From the IMG/VR virus record IMGVR_UViG_3300017766_002176, positions 1 through 37,265 of that record: 37,265 bases of DNA; one strand, written 5' to 3'. The position numbers and the translations under genes are program-made. This document shows, in pieces, positions 1-8,316 of the stretch. The first letter of the stretch is position 1. Each line of letters starts with the position of its first letter. Source of the stretch: a virus. Lineage: Duplodnaviria; Caudoviricetes. The notes below the pieces were generated by a model that saw only the letters and a list, made by a program, of their open reading frames with translations, had not been told where the DNA came from and did not search any database.

Positions 1-265
1 CCGCATGGCCTCGGCTGGCGACCCTAGGGCCCGCGCGTCGGGGGAGACTTTCAAGCAATACGGCAAGATTTGCCGTCGCTACGTTTGGGCCGCCCAGACG
101 CTGGAAGACGCGGGGCCCAAGGCGCGCAATCGTCTAGACCCTGACGACGTCGCCGACTTCCTTGCATGGAAGGCCGCACGCGCCGCACTAGAAACCCCAC
201 GGGAACGCGCGGAGCGTATCGCCCGCGAGATAGAGGAGACTGACGAATGGACAATCAAGCCATAG
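1..265 (+). CDS. Hypothetical early protein, possibly 5'-truncated by the window edge
   Basis: Frame is open from the window start (ATG at 5) to a stop at 265; overlaps the next gene by 19 nt; no recognisable motif. Confidence 0.5.
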   Translation, partial: RMASAGDPRARASGETFKQYGKICRRYVWAAQTLEDAGPKARNRLDPDDVADFLAWKAARAALETPRERAERIAREIEETDEWTIKP

Positions 266-678
266 TGACCGCAGAACGCTTGCGCGATATGGGTGCTTGC
301 CGTGGCGGGCGGATAGACTTCGACCGCGCATTCGGCCGCGCGGTGGATATATCCGACCCCGCTACGCAAGGCGTCATAGTCCGCGCGTTCAGGAAGGTCG
401 ATCTCGACTGGGCAATCGTCCGGTTTGTTCCCAATGATTGTTGGGATGACTACATCGCGTATCGTCACGCGAGTTTAGACGCCTACTATGACGCCTTGCA
501 CATAGGGGTAAAAAAGCGTTATCCCAAAAATGACGCCTATCCGTCGATTGTGGAAGCCCGCGCCTTCTTTCACCACAGATTGCGGGTGTTCCGCTATGCC
601 GTGAAACTCTACCTTGGCACGGAACCTGCAAAGCCTTGGACAGCCACTCAACGGGAGACGGACTATGTCACGTATTGA
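247..678 (+). CDS. Hypothetical early protein (143 aa)
   Basis: GAGGAG at 233-238 before the ATG; N-terminal T-x3-L-x3-GAC-x2-G-x3-F pattern seen in small phage proteins; locally lower GC. Confidence 0.75.
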   Translation: MDNQAIVTAERLRDMGACRGGRIDFDRAFGRAVDISDPATQGVIVRAFRKVDLDWAIVRFVPNDCWDDYIAYRHASLDAYYDALHIGVKKRYPKNDAYPSIVEARAFFHHRLRVFRYAVKLYLGTEPAKPWTATQRETDYVTY

Positions 679-946
679 AACGCCGCAAGATCTGGCCTAC
701 GCCGAGCGGGCGCTAGACGCCGCGCGGAAATGGTCGCAACGAGTCGAGCAACTGGTTTGGGATTTGGAGACGGCTCTATCCGCCGTCAACAAGGACGCCG
801 CCGGTTATCGCCGGGCGAACAAGGCAAACCCGGACGGCGGCGCGAATGCTCTGCCTGGGGAGGTCAATGACGCGCTCCTGGCGTTGCTGAAGGCTTTCCC
901 GCATCTCCGCCCAGGTGAACCGCTCGACGCGCCTAAGCCGGCTTGA
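665..946 (+). CDS. Hypothetical early protein (93 aa)
   Basis: ATG at 665 follows GGGAGA; overlaps the end of the upstream gene; helical composition. Confidence 0.7.
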   Translation: MSRIETPQDLAYAERALDAARKWSQRVEQLVWDLETALSAVNKDAAGYRRANKANPDGGANALPGEVNDALLALLKAFPHLRPGEPLDAPKPA

Positions 947-949
947 TCC

Positions 950-975
950 TAGGGCCTCGGGTGACCGGGGCCCTA
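950..975 (+). promoter_or_regulatory. Intergenic 11-bp hairpin with GNRA (GTGA) loop; possible processing or stability element
   Basis: TAGGGCCTCGG-GTGA-CCGGGGCCCTA, one G-U pair, no U tract. Confidence 0.55.
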
Positions 976-1006
976 TAGTCAAACCTGCGAATATAAGGGA
1001 TTACGC

Positions 1007-1594
1007 ATGTACGCCGATCACGTCCCACAGATCAATGCCGCGATGCGGGAAGATCCTGAGATCTTCGCCCGTGGCGTCATGTTCGCCTCGCTATCCATCC
1101 GCCAGCCCGTCGAGAATGTTCCGGCTTATCTGGACGACTTGGACCGGACGGGCGCAGATAGCTCCTATCTCCTGGGCATGAAGCGCGCCACCTATCGCCA
1201 CGTCATGGCGCACAGGCAAGGCCTCTGGGCGGACGTGTGCGCCGTGGGCCTGGATCGCCCGCAGGACGCCATCGCCCGGCTTCTGGAAGTCCCAGGCCTG
1301 GGCATCGTCAAATCTGCCTTCATCGCCCAGTTTCTGGGCCATGACGTCGCTTGCCTGGATAGCCGCAACGTCGCCCGTGAAGGCCGCGCCTTGCGCGCCT
1401 GGCGGACTGATGGACTGCCGCCCGCTCGCCTCGCCCGCAAGGTTGACGCCTACTGCGCCGAGACCTGGGGGAAAGCCGAGTTCTACTGGGATGCCTGGTG
1501 CGCAGACGTCGCATCCGCCCGCCCGCGTCACACGGCGCAGGAAATTTCCGCCTTGCATCTGGCGATCTTGCCGGATAGCTATGTCCCATTCTGA
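1007..1594 (+). CDS. Putative HhH-GPD superfamily DNA glycosylase/AP lyase (Ogg2-like signature)
   Basis: LLEVPGLGIVKSAFIAQFLGHDVACLDSRN gives a helix-hairpin-helix with Lys followed by the conserved Asp; AAGGGGA RBS. Confidence 0.65.
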   Translation: MYADHVPQINAAMREDPEIFARGVMFASLSIRQPVENVPAYLDDLDRTGADSSYLLGMKRATYRHVMAHRQGLWADVCAVGLDRPQDAIARLLEVPGLGIVKSAFIAQFLGHDVACLDSRNVAREGRALRAWRTDGLPPARLARKVDAYCAETWGKAEFYWDAWCADVASARPRHTAQEISALHLAILPDSYVPF

Positions 1595-1604
1595 GGAGGG
1601 CCCT

Positions 1605-1952
1605 ATGTCACTCGACTGCAAAAACGGCTATAAGACGCCATGCCCGGACGGGTGCGGCGCTTGCGGCCTCCCCTACGCCATGCGCCCAGGGGCCCGCGAG
1701 TATCGCGTCACGGGAACCGACCGCGCCGCCGGATCTCTCGGCGTCCGCGAGACTTTCCAGATCGTCGTAACGGCGGCTTTCCGCGATGCGCCGGCTGTGG
1801 CGTTGGACATGCGCTATGCCGCCGGGCGCGAGCACGTCCACGTCTATTTTGTGAAGGCGATGCGAGCCGCCCGTCCGTCCGCCCGTCCGTCCGCCCGCCA
1901 GTCTCTCGCCGAGTGCGACGGGATGCGCGGCCTTCTCCAGCCCGAGGCTTGA
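1605..1952 (+). CDS. Hypothetical protein with Cys-rich N-terminus (115 aa)
   Basis: GAGGAGG RBS and ATG at 1605; C-x7-C-x3-C-x2-C cluster. Confidence 0.65.
   Translation: MSLDCKNGYKTPCPDGCGACGLPYAMRPGAREYRVTGTDRAAGSLGVRETFQIVVTAAFRDAPAVALDMRYAAGREHVHVYFVKAMRAARPSARPSARQSLAECDGMRGLLQPEA
1867..1897. repeat. In-frame 12-bp tandem repeat (CCGCCCGTCCGT x2.6) encoding ARPS-ARPS-AR
   Basis: Read directly from the sequence. Confidence 0.8.
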
Positions 1953-1954
1953 AC

Positions 1955-2335
1955 ATGGCCACGGAACAAGAAGACGCCCGCGCGGCCGAACGCCAGACCT
2001 GGCAGTATCGCGCCGTCGCCGCCACGCGCGGTAACCAAACCATGCTCGGCTGCATTCTCCTTGCCGTCATCGGCCGCAACGCGAAAAACCCGCCTTGGTT
2101 TGAGCCGGGCGCGGAGATCGACGCCGATGGCTTCTTGCTCGCGAATTTCGTGGGCAAGGATCGCGTCGATCACCACCAGTTGATACCCGTCGCCACGGTC
2201 AAAGATCTGGTGGACGAATTTCGCCGCCTCGCCGACGCCATCAAGCTCGACGACGCCGACCGCATCGCCATGTTCGCCGCCCTGCGCGCATGGATTGTGA
2301 AGGACCACAGGGCGCTGAAGGAGCCTTTCCAATGA
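1955..2335 (+). CDS. Hypothetical protein (126 aa)
   Basis: ATG 2 nt after the upstream stop, GAGG RBS, GC-ending codons, ATGA overlap with the next gene. Confidence 0.75.
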   Translation: MATEQEDARAAERQTWQYRAVAATRGNQTMLGCILLAVIGRNAKNPPWFEPGAEIDADGFLLANFVGKDRVDHHQLIPVATVKDLVDEFRRLADAIKLDDADRIAMFAALRAWIVKDHRALKEPFQ

Positions 2336-2772
2336 CTATCACTGTCTACTGCTTCGCTGGTCTCGCCTATGAGCACAGCGAACGCCCGGTCCCCGGCCAT
2401 GAGCCTTTCGAGCTCGCGCTTCACGGGGGACGCGAGGAATTGCTCGCCCTCCTGGTGAGCCTCACCGCCAAGCCCGCCACGCCCGCCGCCCCGGTCGACG
2501 AAAGCGGCCAGGGGTCCGGGTTCGAGATCTCCGCGCCCAGCGCACCCTGGTATATCCGCGATACTGCGGATGGGGAGTTCGTGGTCAAGAATGATCACAC
2601 CATCGGCTTCGACTATGTCAAGGAGCCGCTGCGCGCCACAGTTTTCGCGAACAAGAAGACCGCGCACAATATGATCAAGCGGCTCGCTGCTGACGACGCC
2701 ACCGCCCGGCGCTGGGTTGCGACGCAGGAATATCGCGGATGGCGCGAGATCTTGACGGGCAAGCCGGCTTGA
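2332..2772 (+). CDS. Hypothetical protein (146 aa)
   Basis: AAGGAG RBS; ATGA translational coupling; last gene of the + early cluster. Confidence 0.75.
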   Translation: MTITVYCFAGLAYEHSERPVPGHEPFELALHGGREELLALLVSLTAKPATPAAPVDESGQGSGFEISAPSAPWYIRDTADGEFVVKNDHTIGFDYVKEPLRATVFANKKTAHNMIKRLAADDATARRWVATQEYRGWREILTGKPA

Positions 2773-2833
2773 TCTAGCCTCTGATCTTCCCACTAGGGCC
2801 GACCTTAACTTTACTCATGTGAATGACCCCGAC

Positions 2834-2868
2834 AACCCCTCGGCGCTCCGGCTCCGGGGGGTTTCTCT
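2834..2868 (+). terminator. Probable intrinsic terminator between the convergent early cluster and primase gene
   Basis: AACCCCTCGG...CCGGGGGGTT 10-bp stem followed by TCTCT. Confidence 0.6.
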
Positions 2869-4738
2869 ATGCCGGCAGATACCACCGCAGGGCCGCGCCC
2901 TTGCCTGTGGCGTAGGCCTCCAGGGGTCCGCCCGAGGCCTTGCGCGCCAGGATGCCGGCAAGGCGGGTGATCTGTTCCTGGGCGACCTCGGGGCTCACGT
3001 CATGCGCCGGCGGCAGCATCTGGGCGGCGAGGACCGTGGATGTCACGCCCGCCTCCGCGCCGCGCGCCTTGAGGGCGGAGAGTGCAGCGCCGATGACCTT
3101 GGGGTTCAACCCGTCGTCCACATGCACCAGGGCCCGATGGTCGGCCGCGGTGATCGGCTGAAAGACCAGGTTGCTCGCCAGCTTCTTGCCCTCGAAAAAC
3201 CAGGGGGCCTGCCGGCGCTCGCCGTCCTTCACCTTCACGCAGGACATCTTGACGGTCTTCGTGACGTCGTCGCCCTCGACCTCCGCCATGGTATCAAAGC
3301 CGCCTGGCAGGGCGCTGGAGCCGCGCGCACGGCCGCCTTCGTGGCCCGTGTGGTGGATCACCAGGACGGCGGCCCCCGTGGCTTCGCTCATGGCCTGCAG
3401 CGCCTTGACGAACACGTTGGCGTCGCGGGCGTCGTTCTCGTTCATTCCCATCATCGCCTTAGACGCGGTGTCGGCGACGATCAGGGCAGGGTGGAGGCCG
3501 GCGGCGAGCAGCTGTTCCATGAACTCGACAGCGTCGTCCTCTACCAGCACCTCGGGGACGTTCGGCATGATGCGCAGCCGGGTCTCCTCGACCCCGTGGG
3601 CCAGGCACCAGGCCGATGCGCGGAGCTCCATGCCCCGGAACCCTTCACCAGCGAGATAGACCACATCGCGCGGCGGCTGCGCCTCGCGTCCATAGGCCGC
3701 AACCCCCGTGGCGACGGTCATGGCCATGTCCAGGGCGATGAAGCTCTTGTAGGACCCCGGCGGCCCGTAGAGCATGGCAAGGGACCGCTCGACCACCAGA
3801 TCAGGCAGCAGCCACTCCAACGGGGGGAGGGCGCGCATCTCGGCGAGGGTGTACGGGTGGAATTTGGAACGGCGAGCCGGCGCAGCTTCGGAGAGTAGCT
3901 TTCCGAGGGCGTCCCCGAAGACTTCTTGCGCCGGCTCAACCGCCCACGCGCCCGGCTCATTTTGAGCGTAGGCGGAGGCGTTCTCTAGTTTCGTCCTGAT
4001 GAACCCGTCCATGAACTCGGCGTCGAACGGCTCGCACCGCACGGCCCAGTGCTCCATGATCAGGTCGTGGGCGAGCTCGGGGGAGATCCCCAGGTTCAGG
4101 ACTTCACAGCAGACCACATAGGTCCGCTCGTCGCCGCCCTCCCCCTCGCGTGCCGGCGTCGCCGACTTGAGGTAGGAGGTCGCGCGGCTCACGTTGGCAG
4201 GGTGATCGAGGACTTCCGTCGAGGCCTTGGCCTTCTCTCGGGCGCGCGTGACGATGGGCGCAACCCAGGCCGGCAGCGGAGCCGGCGGCAGATCGGCGAG
4301 GTAGCTGTAGGTCCCATCTGGGGTCCGCGACGGTGGCAGCAGGACATAGGACCCGACCCCGCGCGTGTCCACCTTGAGCCCCAGCTTCTGGACGCTAGGC
4401 GGCAGGGACCCGGCGTAGTAGCGGTGGTGGCCCCCGCGCGGCGTGCGAACCATCTTCGTGGGAGGCGCTTCGCCGTGTTCGATCTGCAGGTCGGTCCAGG
4501 TGTCCTCGCCGACCGGCGGGTCAGTGTCGATCACGCATAGGCCGGAGGTCTCGGGGCTGGTGGCGACGTTGTAATCCGGGTTCTCTGACCACCAGGCGTT
4601 GATCTGGGCCACGTCAGTCGTCGCCGCGTAGACCCCGTTTTCCACGGCGGGGCGCTTGTCCATGGGGACACACGGGAATACCGCAACCCCTTGCGATGCA
4701 AGGTCTAGCGCGGCCTGATGTAAATCAGAGACTGGCAT
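2867..4738 (-). CDS. Bifunctional primase-polymerase (Prim-Pol) fused to an AAA_25/RepA-type helicase
   Basis: N-terminal GVAVFPC..KRP..ATTD..WW..PDYNVA..VIDTD and VRTPRGGHHRYY; C-terminal Walker A YGPPGSYKS, Walker B IVADT, VIHH. Start placed at ATG 4738 (alternative 4783). Confidence 0.9.
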   Translation of the reverse strand: MPVSDLHQAALDLASQGVAVFPCVPMDKRPAVENGVYAATTDVAQINAWWSENPDYNVATSPETSGLCVIDTDPPVGEDTWTDLQIEHGEAPPTKMVRTPRGGHHRYYAGSLPPSVQKLGLKVDTRGVGSYVLLPPSRTPDGTYSYLADLPPAPLPAWVAPIVTRAREKAKASTEVLDHPANVSRATSYLKSATPAREGEGGDERTYVVCCEVLNLGISPELAHDLIMEHWAVRCEPFDAEFMDGFIRTKLENASAYAQNEPGAWAVEPAQEVFGDALGKLLSEAAPARRSKFHPYTLAEMRALPPLEWLLPDLVVERSLAMLYGPPGSYKSFIALDMAMTVATGVAAYGREAQPPRDVVYLAGEGFRGMELRASAWCLAHGVEETRLRIMPNVPEVLVEDDAVEFMEQLLAAGLHPALIVADTASKAMMGMNENDARDANVFVKALQAMSEATGAAVLVIHHTGHEGGRARGSSALPGGFDTMAEVEGDDVTKTVKMSCVKVKDGERRQAPWFFEGKKLASNLVFQPITAADHRALVHVDDGLNPKVIGAALSALKARGAEAGVTSTVLAAQMLPPAHDVSPEVAQEQITRLAGILARKASGGPLEAYATGKGAALRWYLPA

Positions 4739-4748
4739 GATTTTGTGC

Positions 4749-4802
4749 TTGACGGCCCTCGGTGGCGTCCGTAAAAGGATCACGACATCGACACATTGTC
4801 AA
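4749..4802. promoter_or_regulatory. Overlapping divergent sigma70-type promoters
   Basis: + strand TTGACG-17nt-TAAAAG (4749-4777); - strand TTGACA at 4802-4797; lies in the only divergent intergenic gap of the window. Confidence 0.55.
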
Positions 4803-4816
4803 ACGGAGGACACCGA

Positions 4817-5158
4817 ATGACGACTACCCCGACCCTGCTGCGGAAATTCCGCCAGTGGACCCGAGAGGCCGACTATGGACAGGAGTTCGTCTACAGCTTC
4901 GCGGCCGATCCGCGCGACGCCAGGGACCCGGTCATCTTCGAGTATGCGCGCAAGCTGTCCGAGGGGGGCCTCGCCTTCCTCTACCAGCGCCGCCGCGCCG
5001 GCGGCTTCGACTACGTCGCCCGGCGGACCCGGGTCTTGAGCCACGAGGTTCTCGACCGAGTTTCGGAGAGCATCCCCGCACCCATCCGCAAAGAACGCCC
5101 GACCTGTGGCCGCCCCCGCAAGGGCGACGAGAGCGCGTTCCAACCCCTGGAGGCCTGA
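4817..5158 (+). CDS. Hypothetical protein, possible DNA-binding regulator
   Basis: GGAGGAC RBS at 4805; first gene after the divergent promoter; basic, with a C-terminal GRPRK AT-hook-like segment. Confidence 0.75.
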   Translation: MTTTPTLLRKFRQWTREADYGQEFVYSFAADPRDARDPVIFEYARKLSEGGLAFLYQRRRAGGFDYVARRTRVLSHEVLDRVSESIPAPIRKERPTCGRPRKGDESAFQPLEA

Positions 5159-5161
5159 ACC

Positions 5162-5668
5162 ATGACCATCATCACAACCCCCGTCCGCCTCTCGCAGGCG
5201 GTCTACTCCCAGCGCGCCCTCTGGAACCGCCGGAGCTTCGACGCCTTCCTGGAGAACCTGGGCCTGGACAACCCGTTCCGGCGGGGCACCCCGGCCAGGA
5301 AGCACGCGAGCACCGACCGGGCCGCCCGCAAGGAGGAAGCCCGCCGCCGGGCCCGTGACGGCGAGGTCGTCGCCGCGTTCGCCAAGCCGGGGCATCACCC
5401 GCACCAGCGCCGACCCACGGCCGAGCAGACCGCGGCTTGGGAACGCGGAAATTCATCTGACATCATCGCCGTGAACTACGCGGAGGTGGAAGCCCGGGTC
5501 CTCGCCGCGCGGGCCCCCAGCGAACTGCAGCATATCGTCGTCGAGCGCGAGGGGGCCTGGTGGGTTGCCATCGCGGTTCATGACGAGATCGACCTGTCTG
5601 CCGCTCGTGGCCCCTACGCCGCGAAGAAGACCGCCAACCGCGTCGCCCGCACGCTGAACGGGGGCTGA
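5162..5668 (+). CDS. Hypothetical protein with segments resembling family A polymerase motifs A and C
   Basis: GGAGG RBS; IIAVNYAEVEARVLA and IAVHDEI. Confidence 0.75.
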   Translation: MTIITTPVRLSQAVYSQRALWNRRSFDAFLENLGLDNPFRRGTPARKHASTDRAARKEEARRRARDGEVVAAFAKPGHHPHQRRPTAEQTAAWERGNSSDIIAVNYAEVEARVLAARAPSELQHIVVEREGAWWVAIAVHDEIDLSAARGPYAAKKTANRVARTLNGG

Positions 5669-5669
5669 C

Positions 5670-5843
5670 ATGGCCTGCAGCGTCTGCGGCCGGGCGCACA
5701 TCCCGGAACGGTGCAAGGACGGGCAGATCGAGTATCTGTCGGGGCCCTACCCTTGTCCGCTTCGGGATGCCGCCGAGCCGGCTGCAGACCTGTGGACCAT
5801 AGAGCCCGAGCCAACCGCTGAAGGCCTGGAGGACTTGTTTTGA
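5670..5843 (+). CDS. Small putative zinc-binding protein (57 aa), absent from the ORF track
   Basis: Manual translation MACSVCGRAHIPERCKDGQIEYLSGPYPCPLRDAAEPAADLWTIEPEPTAEGLEDLF*; starts 1 nt after the upstream stop and its TGA overlaps the helicase TTG start. Confidence 0.7.
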   Translation: MACSVCGRAHIPERCKDGQIEYLSGPYPCPLRDAAEPAADLWTIEPEPTAEGLEDLF

Positions 5844-7477
5844 AGCTCGACTACAACCCGTCCAATGGTGCCTTCCTCCTCCGGGTCCCCCGTGGCCCGG
5901 GGGTGGACATCAACACGCTCATGTCCGAACACGGGCTCGACTTGAGCACCGCCTCCTCGACCCCGGCCGAGGCGGTGTTGTTCACCCGGGAACCCTACTG
6001 CGCCGTGACCTTCTGGGAGTATGCGACGCCGCGCGCCCAGGAGGTGCTGATCGGCCTGCAGCAGGAGATCGCCCTGTCCTGGCGGAAGGAGGGGGCCGGC
6101 CACATTGACGTGCCCCTGGACGAGGAGCTCGCCCCCTTCCAGATCGCCGGCGTCCAGTACGCCAAGCGCCGGCAGAACACCTTGATCGGCGACGTGCCTG
6201 GCCTGGGGAAGACCCCGATGGCCATTGCCTTCGCGAATGAGATCCGCGCCGAGCGCACCCTGGTGATCTGCCCCGCGAACATCCGCCTCCAGTGGGCGAA
6301 GAACATCCGCCGCTGGTCGACCATGGAATATCCCTACGTGGTCTACCCCATCCTCCACGGCCGGCATGGGGTCCACCCGACCGCCGCCTGGACGGTGGTG
6401 AGCTACGACCTGGCGCGCACCGCCCCCATCGGCAAGGCCCTGGCGCGCGGCGAGTACGACCTCCTGATCCTCGACGAGGCGCACTACACGAAGGAGGTCA
6501 GCAGCCTGCGCAGCCGGGCGATCTGGGGAGGCGGTGAGAACCGAGTGTTCGAGGCCCTGGCGTCGCGCGCTAAGGCGATCCTGGCGCTGACGGGCACACC
6601 CCTACCGAACCGGCCGCGCGAAGCCTACACGCTCGCTCGGGGGCTCTGCTTCGATGCCATCGACTTCATGTCGGAGGACAGCTTCCGGGACCGCTTCAAC
6701 CCGAGCCTCAAGCGCGAGACCGCCGAGGGCAAGATCTACATCGACGAGCGGTCGGGCCGGCACGGGGAGCTCCAGTCTCGGATGCGCGCTAACTTCATGG
6801 TGCGGCGCGAGAAGTACGGGACGAACGGCGTCGGCTACCAGCTGAAGCTCATGCACATCCCCAATTATGACATCGTCCACGTCGACATGACGGGGGCGGT
6901 TAAGGCCGCCCTGAAGGCCGAGAGCATGTTGGACATCGACCCCGAGACCCTGGAGGGCGCGGACGCCGAGACCCTAGGACACGTCGCCGTGGTCCGCCGC
7001 ATGATGGGCATCGCTATCGCGCCCCTGGCCGCCGACTACGTCCGCATGTGCCTCGACGGCGGCGAGGAGAAGATCGTCCTGTTCGGACACCATGTCGAGG
7101 TGCTGAACATCCTGGAGAAGGCGCTCGCTGAGTACGGAGTGGTCCGCATCGACGGCTCACACTCGGCCGCCCAGAAGCAGAAGAAAGTCGACGACTTCAT
7201 CCGCAACCCAAGGCTCGGCGTCTGCCTGGGCAACATGCTCTCCATGGGCACGGGGACGGACGGGCTACAGGAGGTCGCCTGGCACGCCATCTTCGCTGAG
7301 AGCGACTGGACCCCAGGCACCAACCAGCAGGCTGTCGACCGCCTCGACCGCGGCGGCCAGGACACCCAGGTCCAGGCTGACTTCCTGGTCGCGCCTGGGT
7401 CCTTCAGCGAGAAGGTTCTCGCCGGCGCGCTGAGAAAATTGCAGACCACAAACAAAGCTCTTGACCGGCGGATGTAG
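5840..7477 (+). CDS. SNF2-like superfamily 2 helicase/translocase
   Basis: GDVPGLGKT, LILDEAH, LTGTP, RIDGS, QAVDRLDRGGQ; TTG start with GGAGG RBS. Confidence 0.92.
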   Translation: MKLDYNPSNGAFLLRVPRGPGVDINTLMSEHGLDLSTASSTPAEAVLFTREPYCAVTFWEYATPRAQEVLIGLQQEIALSWRKEGAGHIDVPLDEELAPFQIAGVQYAKRRQNTLIGDVPGLGKTPMAIAFANEIRAERTLVICPANIRLQWAKNIRRWSTMEYPYVVYPILHGRHGVHPTAAWTVVSYDLARTAPIGKALARGEYDLLILDEAHYTKEVSSLRSRAIWGGGENRVFEALASRAKAILALTGTPLPNRPREAYTLARGLCFDAIDFMSEDSFRDRFNPSLKRETAEGKIYIDERSGRHGELQSRMRANFMVRREKYGTNGVGYQLKLMHIPNYDIVHVDMTGAVKAALKAESMLDIDPETLEGADAETLGHVAVVRRMMGIAIAPLAADYVRMCLDGGEEKIVLFGHHVEVLNILEKALAEYGVVRIDGSHSAAQKQKKVDDFIRNPRLGVCLGNMLSMGTGTDGLQEVAWHAIFAESDWTPGTNQQAVDRLDRGGQDTQVQADFLVAPGSFSEKVLAGALRKLQTTNKALDRRM

Positions 7478-7489
7478 ATCCGCTAGTCG
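7461..7489 (+). promoter_or_regulatory. Putative sigma70-type promoter for the recombination/replication operon
   Basis: TTGACC then GCTAGTC at Caulobacter-like spacing (TTGAC...GCTA), about 50 nt before the next start. Confidence 0.45.
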
Positions 7490-7535
7490 GTAAGCTCCCA
7501 CGCTGTATATCCAGGTCAATCAGGAGGACAACCCA

Positions 7536-8222
7536 ATGACCACCGACGCCTACTATATCGTTGACGGCCGCATCGTCGTCGAGGACGGCAACAAAGCCAC
7601 CGAGGAATACGCGCCGACCCGCAAGGTCCGGGTCGAACTCGGCTTCTCGACGCCTGATGACACGGACGACGAGAAGAACGCTCACATCGTCCGCAACGTC
7701 GCCAAGATCGCTTCGGCCCAGGTCGATGATCTCCTCGGCCGCACCTCCAAGCCCAGCGCCACCTCGACCGCCGGCTCCACCGCCGAGGACGACAAGCCCA
7801 AGCGCACGCGCCGCACCAAGGAACAGATCGCCGCCGACGAGGCCGCTGCCGCCAAGGCCGATGCCGCTCTGAAGGCCGCCGATCCGGGCAGCATCGACGA
7901 GTTCGAGGACGAGACGCCGACTGCGGTCGACGGCTTCGACGCCGCTGGCAACCCGGTCGATGACGCCGGCGCTGTCGACGAGTTCGAGGACGACTTCAGC
8001 GCCGTCGAGCCGGAAGTGGAAACCGTCAGCGACGAAGACCTGAACGCCGCCGTCCAGAAGCGCAACGGCGAACTGAAGCCGACCCTCAAGGACCAGGCCG
8101 CGGTGAAGATCCGCGGGCTGATCAGCAGCTACAACCCGGACCCGACCGCGGTGTTCCAGCTGCGCCAGATCCCGGCCGCCAAGCGCGCCGAGTTCCTGAC
8201 GAAGCTCAAGGCCATCGCGTAG
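7536..8222 (+). CDS. Acidic, partly low-complexity protein of the kind that usually precedes DUF2800
   Basis: AGGAGG RBS; acidic centre with DEFED twice; small helical C-terminal domain; synteny with DUF2800-DUF2815-PolA. Confidence 0.8.
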   Translation: MTTDAYYIVDGRIVVEDGNKATEEYAPTRKVRVELGFSTPDDTDDEKNAHIVRNVAKIASAQVDDLLGRTSKPSATSTAGSTAEDDKPKRTRRTKEQIAADEAAAAKADAALKAADPGSIDEFEDETPTAVDGFDAAGNPVDDAGAVDEFEDDFSAVEPEVETVSDEDLNAAVQKRNGELKPTLKDQAAVKIRGLISSYNPDPTAVFQLRQIPAAKRAEFLTKLKAIA

Positions 8223-8229
8223 AAGTCGC

Positions 8230-8316
8230 CTCGCCTGGCGAGATGGAGGGGCGGTGACGGTCCTAGGCCGGAAGACCAGGGTTGCGACCCTTGGCACCTT
8301 TGCACCGCCCCTTCTA
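8230..8316 (+). promoter_or_regulatory. Structured intergenic RNA element in the nuclease leader
   Basis: 12-bp stem GGAGGGGCGGTG/CACCGCCCCTTC enclosing GGTC/GACC and AGGGT-TGCG-ACCCT hairpins. Confidence 0.5.

Noticed and set aside
2819-3898. Long antisense or alternate-frame ORFs (e.g. 2819-3898+, 8323-9570-, 13215-14255-, 20859-22538+, 22575-24344+, 25460-27229+, 20950-21990-)
   Set aside because: They overlap well-supported genes, lack motifs, and are the expected shadows of high-GC codon usage
7655-7690. CTGATGA hammerhead core-like word
   Set aside because: Inside a coding region, with no stem II followed by GAAA
8240-8280. Twister ribozyme-like words (GGAGGGGCGG and CGGTCCTAGGCCGG)
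   Set aside because: Order and spacing leave no room for P1, the UAA cleavage loop or P2 in any known permutation
8248-8316. tRNA- or tmRNA-like fold with a GGGGCGG/CCGCCCC acceptor-type stem
   Set aside because: No TTCRA T-loop and no proper D or anticodon arm
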